In this document: positions 27,809-35,531 of the stretch, one piece after another | How positions within the stretch are numbered: position 1 is the first letter of the stretch | How the letters are laid out: the number at the start of each line of letters is the position of its first letter | Source: Candidatus Nealsonbacteria bacterium | GTDB lineage: Bacteria > Patescibacteriota > Minisyncoccia > Minisyncoccales > JAGMDC01 | Reading direction: 5' to 3' | Assembly (NCBI GenBank): GCA_030612885.1 | Contig: JAUWMZ010000002.1 | Coordinates: 5,834-69,833, forward strand | DNA length: 64,000 nt | Translations under genes and position numbers: made by a program | The notes under the pieces: generated by a model | What the model was told of the DNA's origin: nothing | Databases searched by the model: none | What the model saw: the letters and a program-made list of their open reading frames with translations, nothing else

Positions 27809-28222
27809 ATGGTGGATAATCTTACAAAAAAACAGAGGAGTTTTTGCATGTCAAGAATTAGAAGCAAATGGACTTCTCCCGAAAAGAAAATACATAATTT
27901 TCTAAAAGGGTCTAAGGTAGTCCATAAGATGTATCCCAGAATTGAAGGAAACCCTGATATAGTAATAAAAAATAAAAAAATTGCAATCTTTTTTCATGGA
28001 TGTTTCTGGCATCAGCATCCAAAGTGTAAGTATGCTGTTAGGCCGAAGAGCAATAAAAAATTCTGGTTGCCGAAACTAAAAAAGAATGTTCAACGCGATA
28101 AAAAGAATATTAATTTTTTAAGAAAAAGAGGCTACAGCATTATTATTTTATGGGAGTGTGAGGTTAGGAAAGAAAAAAACTGGGAGAATACAAAAAGAAA
28201 TTTGTTAAAGAAATTATTATGA
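27809..28222 (+). CDS. vsr: Very-short-patch-repair (Vsr) T:G mismatch endonuclease
   Basis: Vsr signature FFHGCFWHQHPKCKYA, ~137 aa, directly upstream of C5-MTase genes. Confidence 0.8.
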   Translation: MVDNLTKKQRSFCMSRIRSKWTSPEKKIHNFLKGSKVVHKMYPRIEGNPDIVIKNKKIAIFFHGCFWHQHPKCKYAVRPKSNKKFWLPKLKKNVQRDKKNINFLRKRGYSIIILWECEVRKEKNWENTKRNLLKKLL

Positions 28223-29313
28223 AAAGGATAAAGAAATTAAACAATAAAGCAAATCCTACAGTGGTTGATTTATTCTGTGGTTGTGGGGGGCTTGCCAAGG
28301 GGTTTTCAGATGCTAGGTACAGAGTAATACTGGGAGTGGACAATGACGAATCCTCTTTAAGGTCTTTTAAAAAAAATATTAAAGGTAGTCAGATATTGAA
28401 TATTGATCTTTCAAGGCCTTCAGTTATGCGTAGTATAGAGGGAATTATTGGAAATAAGGGTATTGATGTAATTATTGCCGGTCCTCCCTGTCAGGGATTT
28501 TCTTTAACGGGTACTAGAAAATTCCATGATAAAAGAAATACTTTGTATAAAACAGTTTGGCGAGCAGTAAAAAAATTCTCCCCAAAGGCATTTCTTATTG
28601 AAAACGTTCCAGGCGTAACAAGTCTTTACGGGGGGGTGGCCAGGAAGGTAATAAAAAAGAGCTTTGAAGATCTGGGATATAATGTTGAAGGCCCTGAAAT
28701 ATTAAATGCAGCCGATTATGGAGTACCCCAAATAAGAAAAAGAGTATTTTTCGTAGGATTAAAACCGGAATTTGGTAGATTTGTTTTTCCTTCCGCGACT
28801 AACTCACCAGATAATTATGTTACATGCGGTGAGGCAATAGGTGATTTACCTGGAAGAGAAAAGGAGTTAGGGGTTGAGATAGATAAATATACTCTGCCTC
28901 CAAAAACCAAGTACCAAAGGTTAATGAGGAAGAACTATAGGGAACTCTATAATCACGTAGCTACGAATCATACTGAAATGGTGAAAAAAGTTATTGCTCT
29001 TGTGCCCCAGGGAAATAATCATAAAAGTCTGCCACCCGGTGTAGGCGAAAGCAGAAAGTTTAATGAAGCATGGACCAGATACGATAGAAGCAAGCCTTCG
29101 AAAACAATAGATACCGGACACCGTAACCATTTTCACTATAAGTATAATCGTGTACCAACAGTAAGAGAAAATGCCCGCCTTCAGTCCTTCCCTGATTTGT
29201 TTATTTTCTGCGGAACCAAAACAAGTCAGTATAAGCAGGTGGGCAATGCGGTTCCTCCTTTATTGGGTTATTCTCTTGCTGAAAAATTACGTTTTTATAT
29301 TATTGGGAGATGA
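28219..29313 (+). CDS. DNA (cytosine-5)-methyltransferase 1
   Basis: Motif I DLFCGCGG, motif IV GPPCQGFS, motif VI ENV and a C-terminal GNAVPP. Confidence 0.85.
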   Translation: MKRIKKLNNKANPTVVDLFCGCGGLAKGFSDARYRVILGVDNDESSLRSFKKNIKGSQILNIDLSRPSVMRSIEGIIGNKGIDVIIAGPPCQGFSLTGTRKFHDKRNTLYKTVWRAVKKFSPKAFLIENVPGVTSLYGGVARKVIKKSFEDLGYNVEGPEILNAADYGVPQIRKRVFFVGLKPEFGRFVFPSATNSPDNYVTCGEAIGDLPGREKELGVEIDKYTLPPKTKYQRLMRKNYRELYNHVATNHTEMVKKVIALVPQGNNHKSLPPGVGESRKFNEAWTRYDRSKPSKTIDTGHRNHFHYKYNRVPTVRENARLQSFPDLFIFCGTKTSQYKQVGNAVPPLLGYSLAEKLRFYIIGR

Positions 29314-30545
29314 AAACAGCAAACAAAAAATTCAATTTAATAGATCTTTTTGCAGGCTGTGGTGGTTTGACAGACGGGTTTGAACAGATGGATAAATACA
29401 ATACAGTAGCATGTATTGAATGGGAGACCGCTCCCTGTAAAACCTTAATTAGGAGACTTCATGACAGGTGGGATTATTCAGACGCTGAGAAAAGGGTTAT
29501 TAGATTTGATATACAGCGGACAGGAGAATTAATGAACGGATGGAAGAACGACGAACTATATGGTACAAATCAAGGTCTTAAAAAACTTGTTTTGGGTAAG
29601 AAGGTTCATTTGATTGTAGGAGGACCACCCTGTCAGGCCTACTCCGTCGCAGGCAGGATCAGAGACAAGAATGGTATGAAGGATGATTACAGAAACTATC
29701 TTTTTGAAAGCTATCTTCGTGTAGTAGAAGAATTCAATCCATTTCTTGTTATTTTTGAAAATGTTCCCGGAATGCTTACCGCTAAGCCTGGAGGTATTCC
29801 TGTAATAGAGAGAATAAAGAAAGCCTTTGACCAATCAGGCTATGAAATAGTGGATGATTTTAGGAAATATACCGTGATTAATTGTGCAGAGTATGGAGTT
29901 CCTCAGCTTCGTAAAAGAGTTATATTAATAGCACTGAATAAGAAATTTTTTAAAAATAATAATCAGAAATTGCTTCTTAAATTCTATAATGAAATAATGC
30001 CGGGATATAAAACAAAAAAGGTTTCCACTGTTCGTGATGCAATAAGTAATTTGCCTAAATTTACAGTTGCTCCTGAAAACTATTATGTTGAGGGAAAAAT
30101 TTATTCTCACAAACTTCATAAAAGCAAGATATTGAATCATGTCCCTAGATATCACAGTAAAAGAGATATTGATATATTTAGAGAACTAGCTGTAGACTTC
30201 GGCAACGGAAGGAAAATATACAAGTCAGCTGAAGATCTTAAGATTTTATATAAGGAGCGGACCGGTAAATTTTCAAATCTGCACAAATATCACGTATTGA
30301 ATTGGAATAAACCTAGCAATACGATACCTGCTCATCTATACAAAGACGGGTTAAGACACATACACCCGGACTTTAAACAAGCGAGAAGCATAACAGTTAG
30401 AGAAGCTGCCAGGCTTCAATCATTTGATGATAACTTTGTTTTTTTAGGTGGCCAGACTAATCAATACAAAATGATTGGTAATGCTGTTCCTCCTTTATTT
30501 GCAAAATTTCTTGCGGAAGGAGCCTATAGGCTTTTAAATTTTTAA
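29310..30545 (+). CDS. DNA (cytosine-5)-methyltransferase 2
   Basis: DLFAGCGG, GGPPCQAYS, ENVPG and a C-terminal GNAVPP. Start overlaps the stop of MTase 1. Confidence 0.85.
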   Translation: MKTANKKFNLIDLFAGCGGLTDGFEQMDKYNTVACIEWETAPCKTLIRRLHDRWDYSDAEKRVIRFDIQRTGELMNGWKNDELYGTNQGLKKLVLGKKVHLIVGGPPCQAYSVAGRIRDKNGMKDDYRNYLFESYLRVVEEFNPFLVIFENVPGMLTAKPGGIPVIERIKKAFDQSGYEIVDDFRKYTVINCAEYGVPQLRKRVILIALNKKFFKNNNQKLLLKFYNEIMPGYKTKKVSTVRDAISNLPKFTVAPENYYVEGKIYSHKLHKSKILNHVPRYHSKRDIDIFRELAVDFGNGRKIYKSAEDLKILYKERTGKFSNLHKYHVLNWNKPSNTIPAHLYKDGLRHIHPDFKQARSITVREAARLQSFDDNFVFLGGQTNQYKMIGNAVPPLFAKFLAEGAYRLLNF

Positions 30546-30549
30546 ACAA

Positions 30550-31533
30550 ATGCAGAAGGTTTATATTAGAAAACTTAATAGTCATGAACTTGGTTATAGA
30601 GGCGGTGAGGCAAAAAAAGCCGGTCGCTATATACTTGTTTCAAAAAAATGTGTCGCTTATTTTCCTCCATTAAGTGAACACATAAAGAACGACCACGTTT
30701 TTATCAGTATTATTCCGCCGAATTCCAATAAAAGCATCTTAACAAATTTTGTTTATCATAATAGTAAAATTATAGAGAAAAAGGTTGGTGGAAGAGATGA
30801 ATTTAGAATTTATCTAAACAAAGAGAATGATCCAGAACGCAATTTTTTTGAACCGAACGATATTGTTATTTTTCATCGATTAGAATCCCGTCGTCCTAAT
30901 GACCAGGAATATATTTATAGGGTTTACTATTTTCCTGTGAGAAATGTAGGAGAACACTATAAAAAGTTGGAAAAAATTCTCGCATCTGGTATTGTTTCAA
31001 ACTCACATGCAATTGTTCCAGTGAGCTCCATTCCTTTTGTAGGACTGAATCTTAGTCCACCATCTATAATCGTTGTTCCTCAGGAAGTTACAGAGGAAGC
31101 TTTTAAGGATCCGATTATTGAAAAGACCCTAGATATGGATATATTCTGTGGCATTGCAAAGAATAATTCATTTAGAGAGATAATAACATTCTTTTACAGC
31201 TACCAATGTGCTATTACCAGGACTTCAATCAGGCACGGTGAATTACTGAACGTTGAGGCGGCTCATATTATACCACGTGCCGATAAAGGTGGTAATAATC
31301 CTACAAACGGAATTGCACTGAATAGAGATCTTCACTGGGCATTTGATAAAGGCTTTTTTGTCATTGATACAGATTACAAGGTTTTAGTTCATCCGAAAGC
31401 TATTCATTTAACACCCTTGAAAAGTATAGCTAAAAAGACTATATTCTTGCCTCAGGATAAGAGAGCCTGGCCAAGTAAGGATTGTTTGGAATGGAGAAAA
31501 AAGAAATTTTACGGATTTTTTCTTAAATATTAA
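30550..31533 (+). CDS. Putative restriction endonuclease with C-terminal HNH nuclease domain
   Basis: HNH motif AAHIIPRADKGGNNPTNGIALNRDLHWAFDKG. Follows two m5C MTases and Vsr. Confidence 0.65.
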   Translation: MQKVYIRKLNSHELGYRGGEAKKAGRYILVSKKCVAYFPPLSEHIKNDHVFISIIPPNSNKSILTNFVYHNSKIIEKKVGGRDEFRIYLNKENDPERNFFEPNDIVIFHRLESRRPNDQEYIYRVYYFPVRNVGEHYKKLEKILASGIVSNSHAIVPVSSIPFVGLNLSPPSIIVVPQEVTEEAFKDPIIEKTLDMDIFCGIAKNNSFREIITFFYSYQCAITRTSIRHGELLNVEAAHIIPRADKGGNNPTNGIALNRDLHWAFDKGFFVIDTDYKVLVHPKAIHLTPLKSIAKKTIFLPQDKRAWPSKDCLEWRKKKFYGFFLKY

Positions 31534-31632
31534 GAACCATGTCATTATCAAAAGAATCGATAGAAAAATTTAAGAAGATTTGGAAGAAAGTCCGACTTTG
31601 ATAACTTTGAGTTATCAATTCTAAATAAAAAG

Positions 31633-31675
31633 AAGGGGAAATTTATTTAATTAAATTATTTCCCCTTTTATCTTG
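31633..31675 (+). terminator. Rho-independent terminator
   Basis: AAGGGGAAAT ... ATTTCCCCTT 10-bp stem followed by TTATCTTG. Confidence 0.5.
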
Positions 31676-31816
31676 ATGACCCGGAGGTTCTTGAGAATCC
31701 GCATAAGCGGGAAGTCTTTCACCTTTTGATTCCGCAGAGACTGGCGTCTCTGTTTCATTATCTCCTTCCTATCCTGTACGACTTAAGGAGCTCTCCAAGC
31801 GTTTTTTCGCAAGAAC

Positions 31817-31841
31817 CAGACAACCCGGGATTCGAACCCAG
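31817..31841 (-). other. tRNA 3'-fragment-like sequence (T-arm plus acceptor 3' strand only)
   Basis: The minus strand reads CTGGG-TTCGAAT-CCCGG-GTTGTCT-G, a canonical T-stem/loop (GTTCGAATC) plus 7-nt acceptor strand and discriminator. No complementary 5' acceptor strand, D arm or anticodon arm can be folded upstream. Confidence 0.35.
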
Positions 31842-31945
31842 TGCTCCGTCATAACAGCGGAAACAGCGCTTCCACAAACCTGCCCTTTTTATCCGAGCCA
31901 TTTACAGTTTATTCAATTTAATAATTTTGTCAAGCGAAAAAATCT

Positions 31946-31962
31946 CCGGGATGGCTTCCCGG
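31946..31962. repeat. Hairpin CCGGGATGGCTTCCCGG related to the 27758..27778 hairpin
   Basis: 6-bp stem, loop TGGCT. The 13-nt identity CGGGATGGCTTCC with the left-boundary copy brackets the Vsr/MTase/MTase/HNH block. Confidence 0.5.
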
Positions 31963-32045
31963 AGGAACTTTGACTATTGACAGGTTTAGATAAATAAGTA
32001 ATATCAAAATTAGCACAAATCAGCACAAATTAGGAGGTGAAATAA

Positions 32046-32654
32046 ATGTCTGTAAAAGAAAAATGGGTTAAAGAAGGGCTTGAAGACGAAGAAGAATTGA
32101 GAGTGTTAACGACAAGAGGTGTGGGACAAATTATTTTTTTGAACTACGCAGGAGTTTTTGAGATTAGAATGGAGAAGCCAAAATTGGCAGAACGAGTTTA
32201 TCGTTTTGAAAACGGAGAAATAACACCGCATACAGATTTTACTTTAGTTAGAATAGTTAATCTGGGTTTTTCCAGAGAACAGTTACTTACAGTGGCTCAA
32301 AACTATCCGTCTTGGGAATACTGTTTAGAAGGATTAGATCAGCCATACTCTCAAGATACGACTTTGATAGCTTTTGATTTCAAAGACAAAGAGGTTGTTA
32401 CTAATCGCGCAATACGAGGTAGATCCAGATATCATCTCATTGAATCTTGTTTTGATCGCCACTATCTAATCAAAGAAAACATTTTTTTTGACTCTCTCCA
32501 GGAGGCGAAAGAAGGGTGGAAGAGAATCGAAAAATTGGCAGGCACAACAGGTCATATTTTATTTTGCGCTCTCTTAGATGTAAGAGAGAACAAAATTTTA
32601 TCCAGAGCTATTTTTACAACATTGCGAGTGATAACCAAAGAAACTTACTGGTAA
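32046..32654 (+). CDS. Hypothetical 202-aa protein
   Basis: Strong RBS AGGAGGTGAAATAAATG and a clean ORF with no recognisable domain. Confidence 0.5.
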   Translation: MSVKEKWVKEGLEDEEELRVLTTRGVGQIIFLNYAGVFEIRMEKPKLAERVYRFENGEITPHTDFTLVRIVNLGFSREQLLTVAQNYPSWEYCLEGLDQPYSQDTTLIAFDFKDKEVVTNRAIRGRSRYHLIESCFDRHYLIKENIFFDSLQEAKEGWKRIEKLAGTTGHILFCALLDVRENKILSRAIFTTLRVITKETYW

Positions 32655-32742
32655 AAAACTCTTGCGAAAAAATAAAACCTCACAAAGGGCAATATAGTAT
32701 TTACTTGAGCCCGTTTTTTTTATTAGAGAAAAAGACCCGGAA

Positions 32743-32780
32743 AGCCACCGAGCACTCAATACTTTGAGTGCTCGGTGGCT
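32743..32780. promoter_or_regulatory. Perfect 17-bp inverted repeat AGCCACCGAGCACTCAA-tact-TTGAGTGCTCGGTGGCT (CIRCE-like core)
   Basis: GC-rich perfect palindrome in AT-rich DNA. The core AGCACTC-N8-GAGTGCT resembles the HrcA operator CIRCE (TTAGCACTC-N9-GAGTGCTAA) but with an 8-nt spacer. No T-tract follows on the + strand. Confidence 0.4.
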
Positions 32781-32906
32781 CAAGTTATCCACAGGTTGAC
32801 TAAAAGCAGAGTTTTTTTTATGATAATAAAAGGGATTTGTTCCTTTTTTTGTTTTCTGATATAGTGATTGTAGAGAAAAGCTTTTAAGGAGGAAAGCTTT
32901 TAGTTT

Positions 32907-33488
32907 ATGGACAGAAAATATATTATCAATATTAGTTTTACTGTTTACAAAGTGACAGAGCTTTTTTCAGAAGAAGAACCATTGAGAGCAGAAATCAGAA
33001 CACGGGTAAATGACATTTTAAATGATTTATTGATTTTTCAAAATAATCAGGAAATAGGTGTTAAAACAAATCTGCTTGGAGAAGAAATAATTGAGAACAT
33101 AAAAGATATTAAAAAATATTTTGAATTAGCGATAATTAAAAATTTAGCAAATCCTGTTAATTTCTTGGTTCTTCAAAGAGAATATGATAAAATAGCTAAA
33201 GCAGTAAAAAAAGAACTGGAAGAAGGTTCTCAATCTTACAAACCCAAACTTCCTAAAATTAAAAGAGAAGAAATTTCTTCCAGACAAAAAGAGATATTAG
33301 ATATTATAAAAGAAAAGGGAAAAGTTCAGGCAGGAGAAATTCAAAATCGTTTTCCAGAAATTAGCAAGAGAACTATTCAAAGAGATTTAGCTTTTTTAGT
33401 AGAACAAGGCCTAATTCAAAGGAAAGGAGAGTTTAGCGAGCAGTTTTACTATGATTCAGGGTATGACAAGGGTATGACAAGGGTATGA
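32907..33488 (+). CDS. Protein with C-terminal DeoR-like winged-helix HTH domain
   Basis: The C-terminal SSRQKEILDIIKEKGKVQAGEIQNRFPEISKRTIQRDLAFLVEQGLIQRKGE matches the HTH_DeoR pattern. The 3' end is encoded by the tandem GGGTATGACAA repeats. Confidence 0.55.
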   Translation: MDRKYIINISFTVYKVTELFSEEEPLRAEIRTRVNDILNDLLIFQNNQEIGVKTNLLGEEIIENIKDIKKYFELAIIKNLANPVNFLVLQREYDKIAKAVKKELEEGSQSYKPKLPKIKREEISSRQKEILDIIKEKGKVQAGEIQNRFPEISKRTIQRDLAFLVEQGLIQRKGEFSEQFYYDSGYDKGMTRV

Positions 33489-33522
33489 CAAAGTTAGGAG
33501 GGGTATGACAAGGGTATGACAA
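33459..33522 (+). repeat. Five tandem copies of the 11-mer GGGTATGACAA, interrupted once by AGTTAGGAG
   Basis: Three copies at 33459..33491 and two at 33501..33522. The 9-nt interruption is Shine-Dalgarno-like. The array overlaps the last codons of the wHTH gene. Confidence 0.8.
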
Positions 33523-33546
33523 GCACTAATTATTATTATAATTCAT

Positions 33547-33573
33547 AATGATTGATTTCCGAAGTCAATCAAT
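33547..33573. repeat. REP family B second copy ATGATTGATTTCCGAAGTCAATCAATA
   Basis: Identical to 27645..27671. Confidence 0.65.
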
Positions 33574-33622
33574 ATATCCACTATTATATTGCTTGGTTTA
33601 GCCGAGCAATACAGCTGAAAAG

Positions 33623-34123
33623 ATGAATAATCAAAAAAAATTCAGTAAAATATACGACCAATATATTGACAAAATATACCGTTTTGTCTTTTTAAAGGTT
33701 AGTTCTCAAGAAACAGCTGAAGATATTTGTTCAGAGGCATTTACACGGGTTTGGCAGAGCATGGATAAAGGTACAAAGATTGAAAATCCACAGGCATTTG
33801 TCTATCAAATTGCCAGAAACTTAATTACTGACCATTATCGTCAAAACAGTAAAATTAAGTTGGTTTCTATAGACAATTGCAAGGAAATACAAGATAATCA
33901 ACCTAATTTAGAAGAAAAAAGCTTGTTGATGTCAGACATCAACGAAGTAAAGCTGGCTTTAAATAACATTAAACCAGAGTATCAGGATATTATTATTTGC
34001 CATTATTTAGACGATTTATCTATTCCAGAAATTGCTGAAATTATGAATAAATCACAAGGAACAACAAGAGTGATGCTACACCGGGCGTTAAAAGCTCTTC
34101 GGGTTGTAGTTAATGAAGCATAA
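33623..34123 (+). CDS. ECF-type RNA polymerase sigma-70 family factor
   Basis: Region 2 (IYRFVFLKV ... FTRVWQS) and region 4 HTH (IICHYLDDLSIPEIAEIMNKSQGTTRVMLHRALKALR). Confidence 0.8.
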   Translation: MNNQKKFSKIYDQYIDKIYRFVFLKVSSQETAEDICSEAFTRVWQSMDKGTKIENPQAFVYQIARNLITDHYRQNSKIKLVSIDNCKEIQDNQPNLEEKSLLMSDINEVKLALNNIKPEYQDIIICHYLDDLSIPEIAEIMNKSQGTTRVMLHRALKALRVVVNEA

Positions 34124-34202
34124 CAAGGTAATACTTTTCCATTATAAACGTCATAATATTAATAGAGGCAAGAAAGCATAATTTTTGTATTTTTAAGGTC
34201 TA

Positions 34203-34970
34203 ATGACCGAGAAAGAACTCATTAAAAAAATTAAAGAACTTCAGCAAATTAAACCCAGTAAGGACTGGGTTATTTTGACGAAAGAAAAGATTTTATCAAA
34301 ACCATTAGTAAACGAAAAACCGGCTTCTATTACCATTGGAGAACGGTTCTCTAACATATTGTCGGTTTTTAATGTAAAGCCGTTTTTGAAACCAGCTTTA
34401 GCCACAGCGGTTTGCTTTTGTTTTTTAATAGGGGTTTTCAGTTTTGCTCAAAATGCTTTGCCTGGGGACCTACTTTATTCAGTGAAAAAAATAGCCGAGC
34501 AAGCAAAAATTAGTTTAGCTTCGGAAACAGAAAAACCTAAAGTTCAGTTGGAATTAACTCAAAAGAAATTAGATGAATTAACAAAGATAGCTGAAGAAAA
34601 TAAAGGTAAAAACCTGGCTTCAGCTGTTCAAGAAGTAGAAAAGGCAATGAAAGATACAGCTAAAAGCTTGAAAAAAGTGGCAATAGCAGGAAATGACGGT
34701 GAGATAGCCAAAGAAATTAAAGAAAAATTTGAGGCAATAGAAAAGCAACAAGAAACAGCAGAGGAAATATTAGGTATAAAAATTGATAGTGAAGAATACG
34801 ATGAATCAAAAAATTCTTATTATAAGATCTTAGTTGAGCGAGAAATTAAAGAATTAAAAGATAGAGCGCTGAATCCTGAACAGGAAGAATTACTCAAGGA
34901 AGCAAAAGAGCTTTTTGATAACGGGAATTACCAGGAAGCCCTTGCCAAAATATTCATTTTAAGTTATTAA
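34203..34970 (+). CDS. Putative anti-sigma factor / single-pass membrane protein with extracytoplasmic coiled-coil domain (DUF5667-like)
   Basis: Cytoplasmic N-terminus, one TM helix (ALATAVCFCFLIGVFSF), then LPGDLLYSVKKIAEQ and a K/E-rich helical domain. Sits directly after the ECF sigma gene. Confidence 0.5.
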   Translation: MTEKELIKKIKELQQIKPSKDWVILTKEKILSKPLVNEKPASITIGERFSNILSVFNVKPFLKPALATAVCFCFLIGVFSFAQNALPGDLLYSVKKIAEQAKISLASETEKPKVQLELTQKKLDELTKIAEENKGKNLASAVQEVEKAMKDTAKSLKKVAIAGNDGEIAKEIKEKFEAIEKQQETAEEILGIKIDSEEYDESKNSYYKILVEREIKELKDRALNPEQEELLKEAKELFDNGNYQEALAKIFILSY

Positions 34971-34999
34971 AAAAGGAAGATAGCTTCTGATTTTTTAAT

Positions 35000-35224
35000 A
35001 TGGCAAACGAAAATATTACAATTAAAGATTTAGATAAAGTTGAAGAGAATTTAGCCGGAATGATAAATAAGAGTTTTGATAAAACATACCAGAGATTAGA
35101 TAAAATGGACGAAAGATTAGAGAGAATAGAAATTAAATTAGAAAATGTTGTTTATCATAATGAATTTGAAATATTAGAATCCAGAGTTAAAGTATTAGAA
35201 GAAGCATTGGCTATTAAAAAATAG
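35000..35224 (+). CDS. Small coiled-coil protein (74 aa)
   Basis: Heptad-rich sequence of the form RLDKMDERLERIEIKLENV. Confidence 0.35.
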   Translation: MANENITIKDLDKVEENLAGMINKSFDKTYQRLDKMDERLERIEIKLENVVYHNEFEILESRVKVLEEALAIKK

Positions 35225-35438
35225 TTTTTATTATTTTAAAAACAACCAGTTTTAAAAAAAAGGTTGTCTACCTCGTTTAACGGGGTAAAGGTCGACAAAA
35301 AACAAAAGAAAAAAGAAATTGTTATACAAAAGAAACTGTTATAAAGACATTTTCTGAATGTGGCCAAACAGCCCAAAAAAGAATTCTTTATATTCAAAAG
35401 ATGTTGAAGGTCGATAACAGTGAAAAAAAAGTTTATAC

Positions 35439-35522
35439 CACGAATAATATCACGAATTACAATCACGAATACTCACGAATATTAGTGAAAATTAGTGATT
35501 TAGATTAGTGATTTATTAGTGG
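35439..35522. promoter_or_regulatory. Phased repeat array: 4x TCACGAAT then 4x ATTAGTGA (near-inverted), spaced 10-13 bp, upstream of the giant surface-protein gene
   Basis: CACGAAT at 35439, 35451, 35464 and 35474. ATTAGTGA/G at 35481, 35491, 35504 and 35515. ATTAGTGA is ATTCGTGA (the reverse complement of TCACGAAT) with one change. Confidence 0.6.
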
Positions 35523-35531
35523 TTAAGATAA

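Noticed and set aside
31761-31910. Intact tRNA gene on the minus strand
   Set aside because: Only the T-arm plus acceptor 3' strand is canonical. No complementary 5' acceptor strand or D arm folds upstream, and the best anticodon stem is 4 bp with an abnormal variable region, so this is a fragment or att remnant rather than a gene.
32743-32780. Bona fide HrcA CIRCE operator
   Set aside because: The spacer is 8 rather than 9 nt, the outer TTA/TAA are replaced by CCG/CGG, and no chaperone gene lies downstream. It is kept only as CIRCE-like.
32516-32792. Two overlapping small ORFs (83 aa + strand, 64 aa - strand)
   Set aside because: They span the 38-nt perfect palindrome and the 3' end of the 202-aa gene, and are mutually antisense, so they are artefacts of the hairpin.
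35236-35466. 76-aa minus-strand ORF
   Set aside because: It lies over the phased repeat and promoter region, has low-complexity Phe-rich translation and no RBS, so it is a likely AT-rich shadow ORF.
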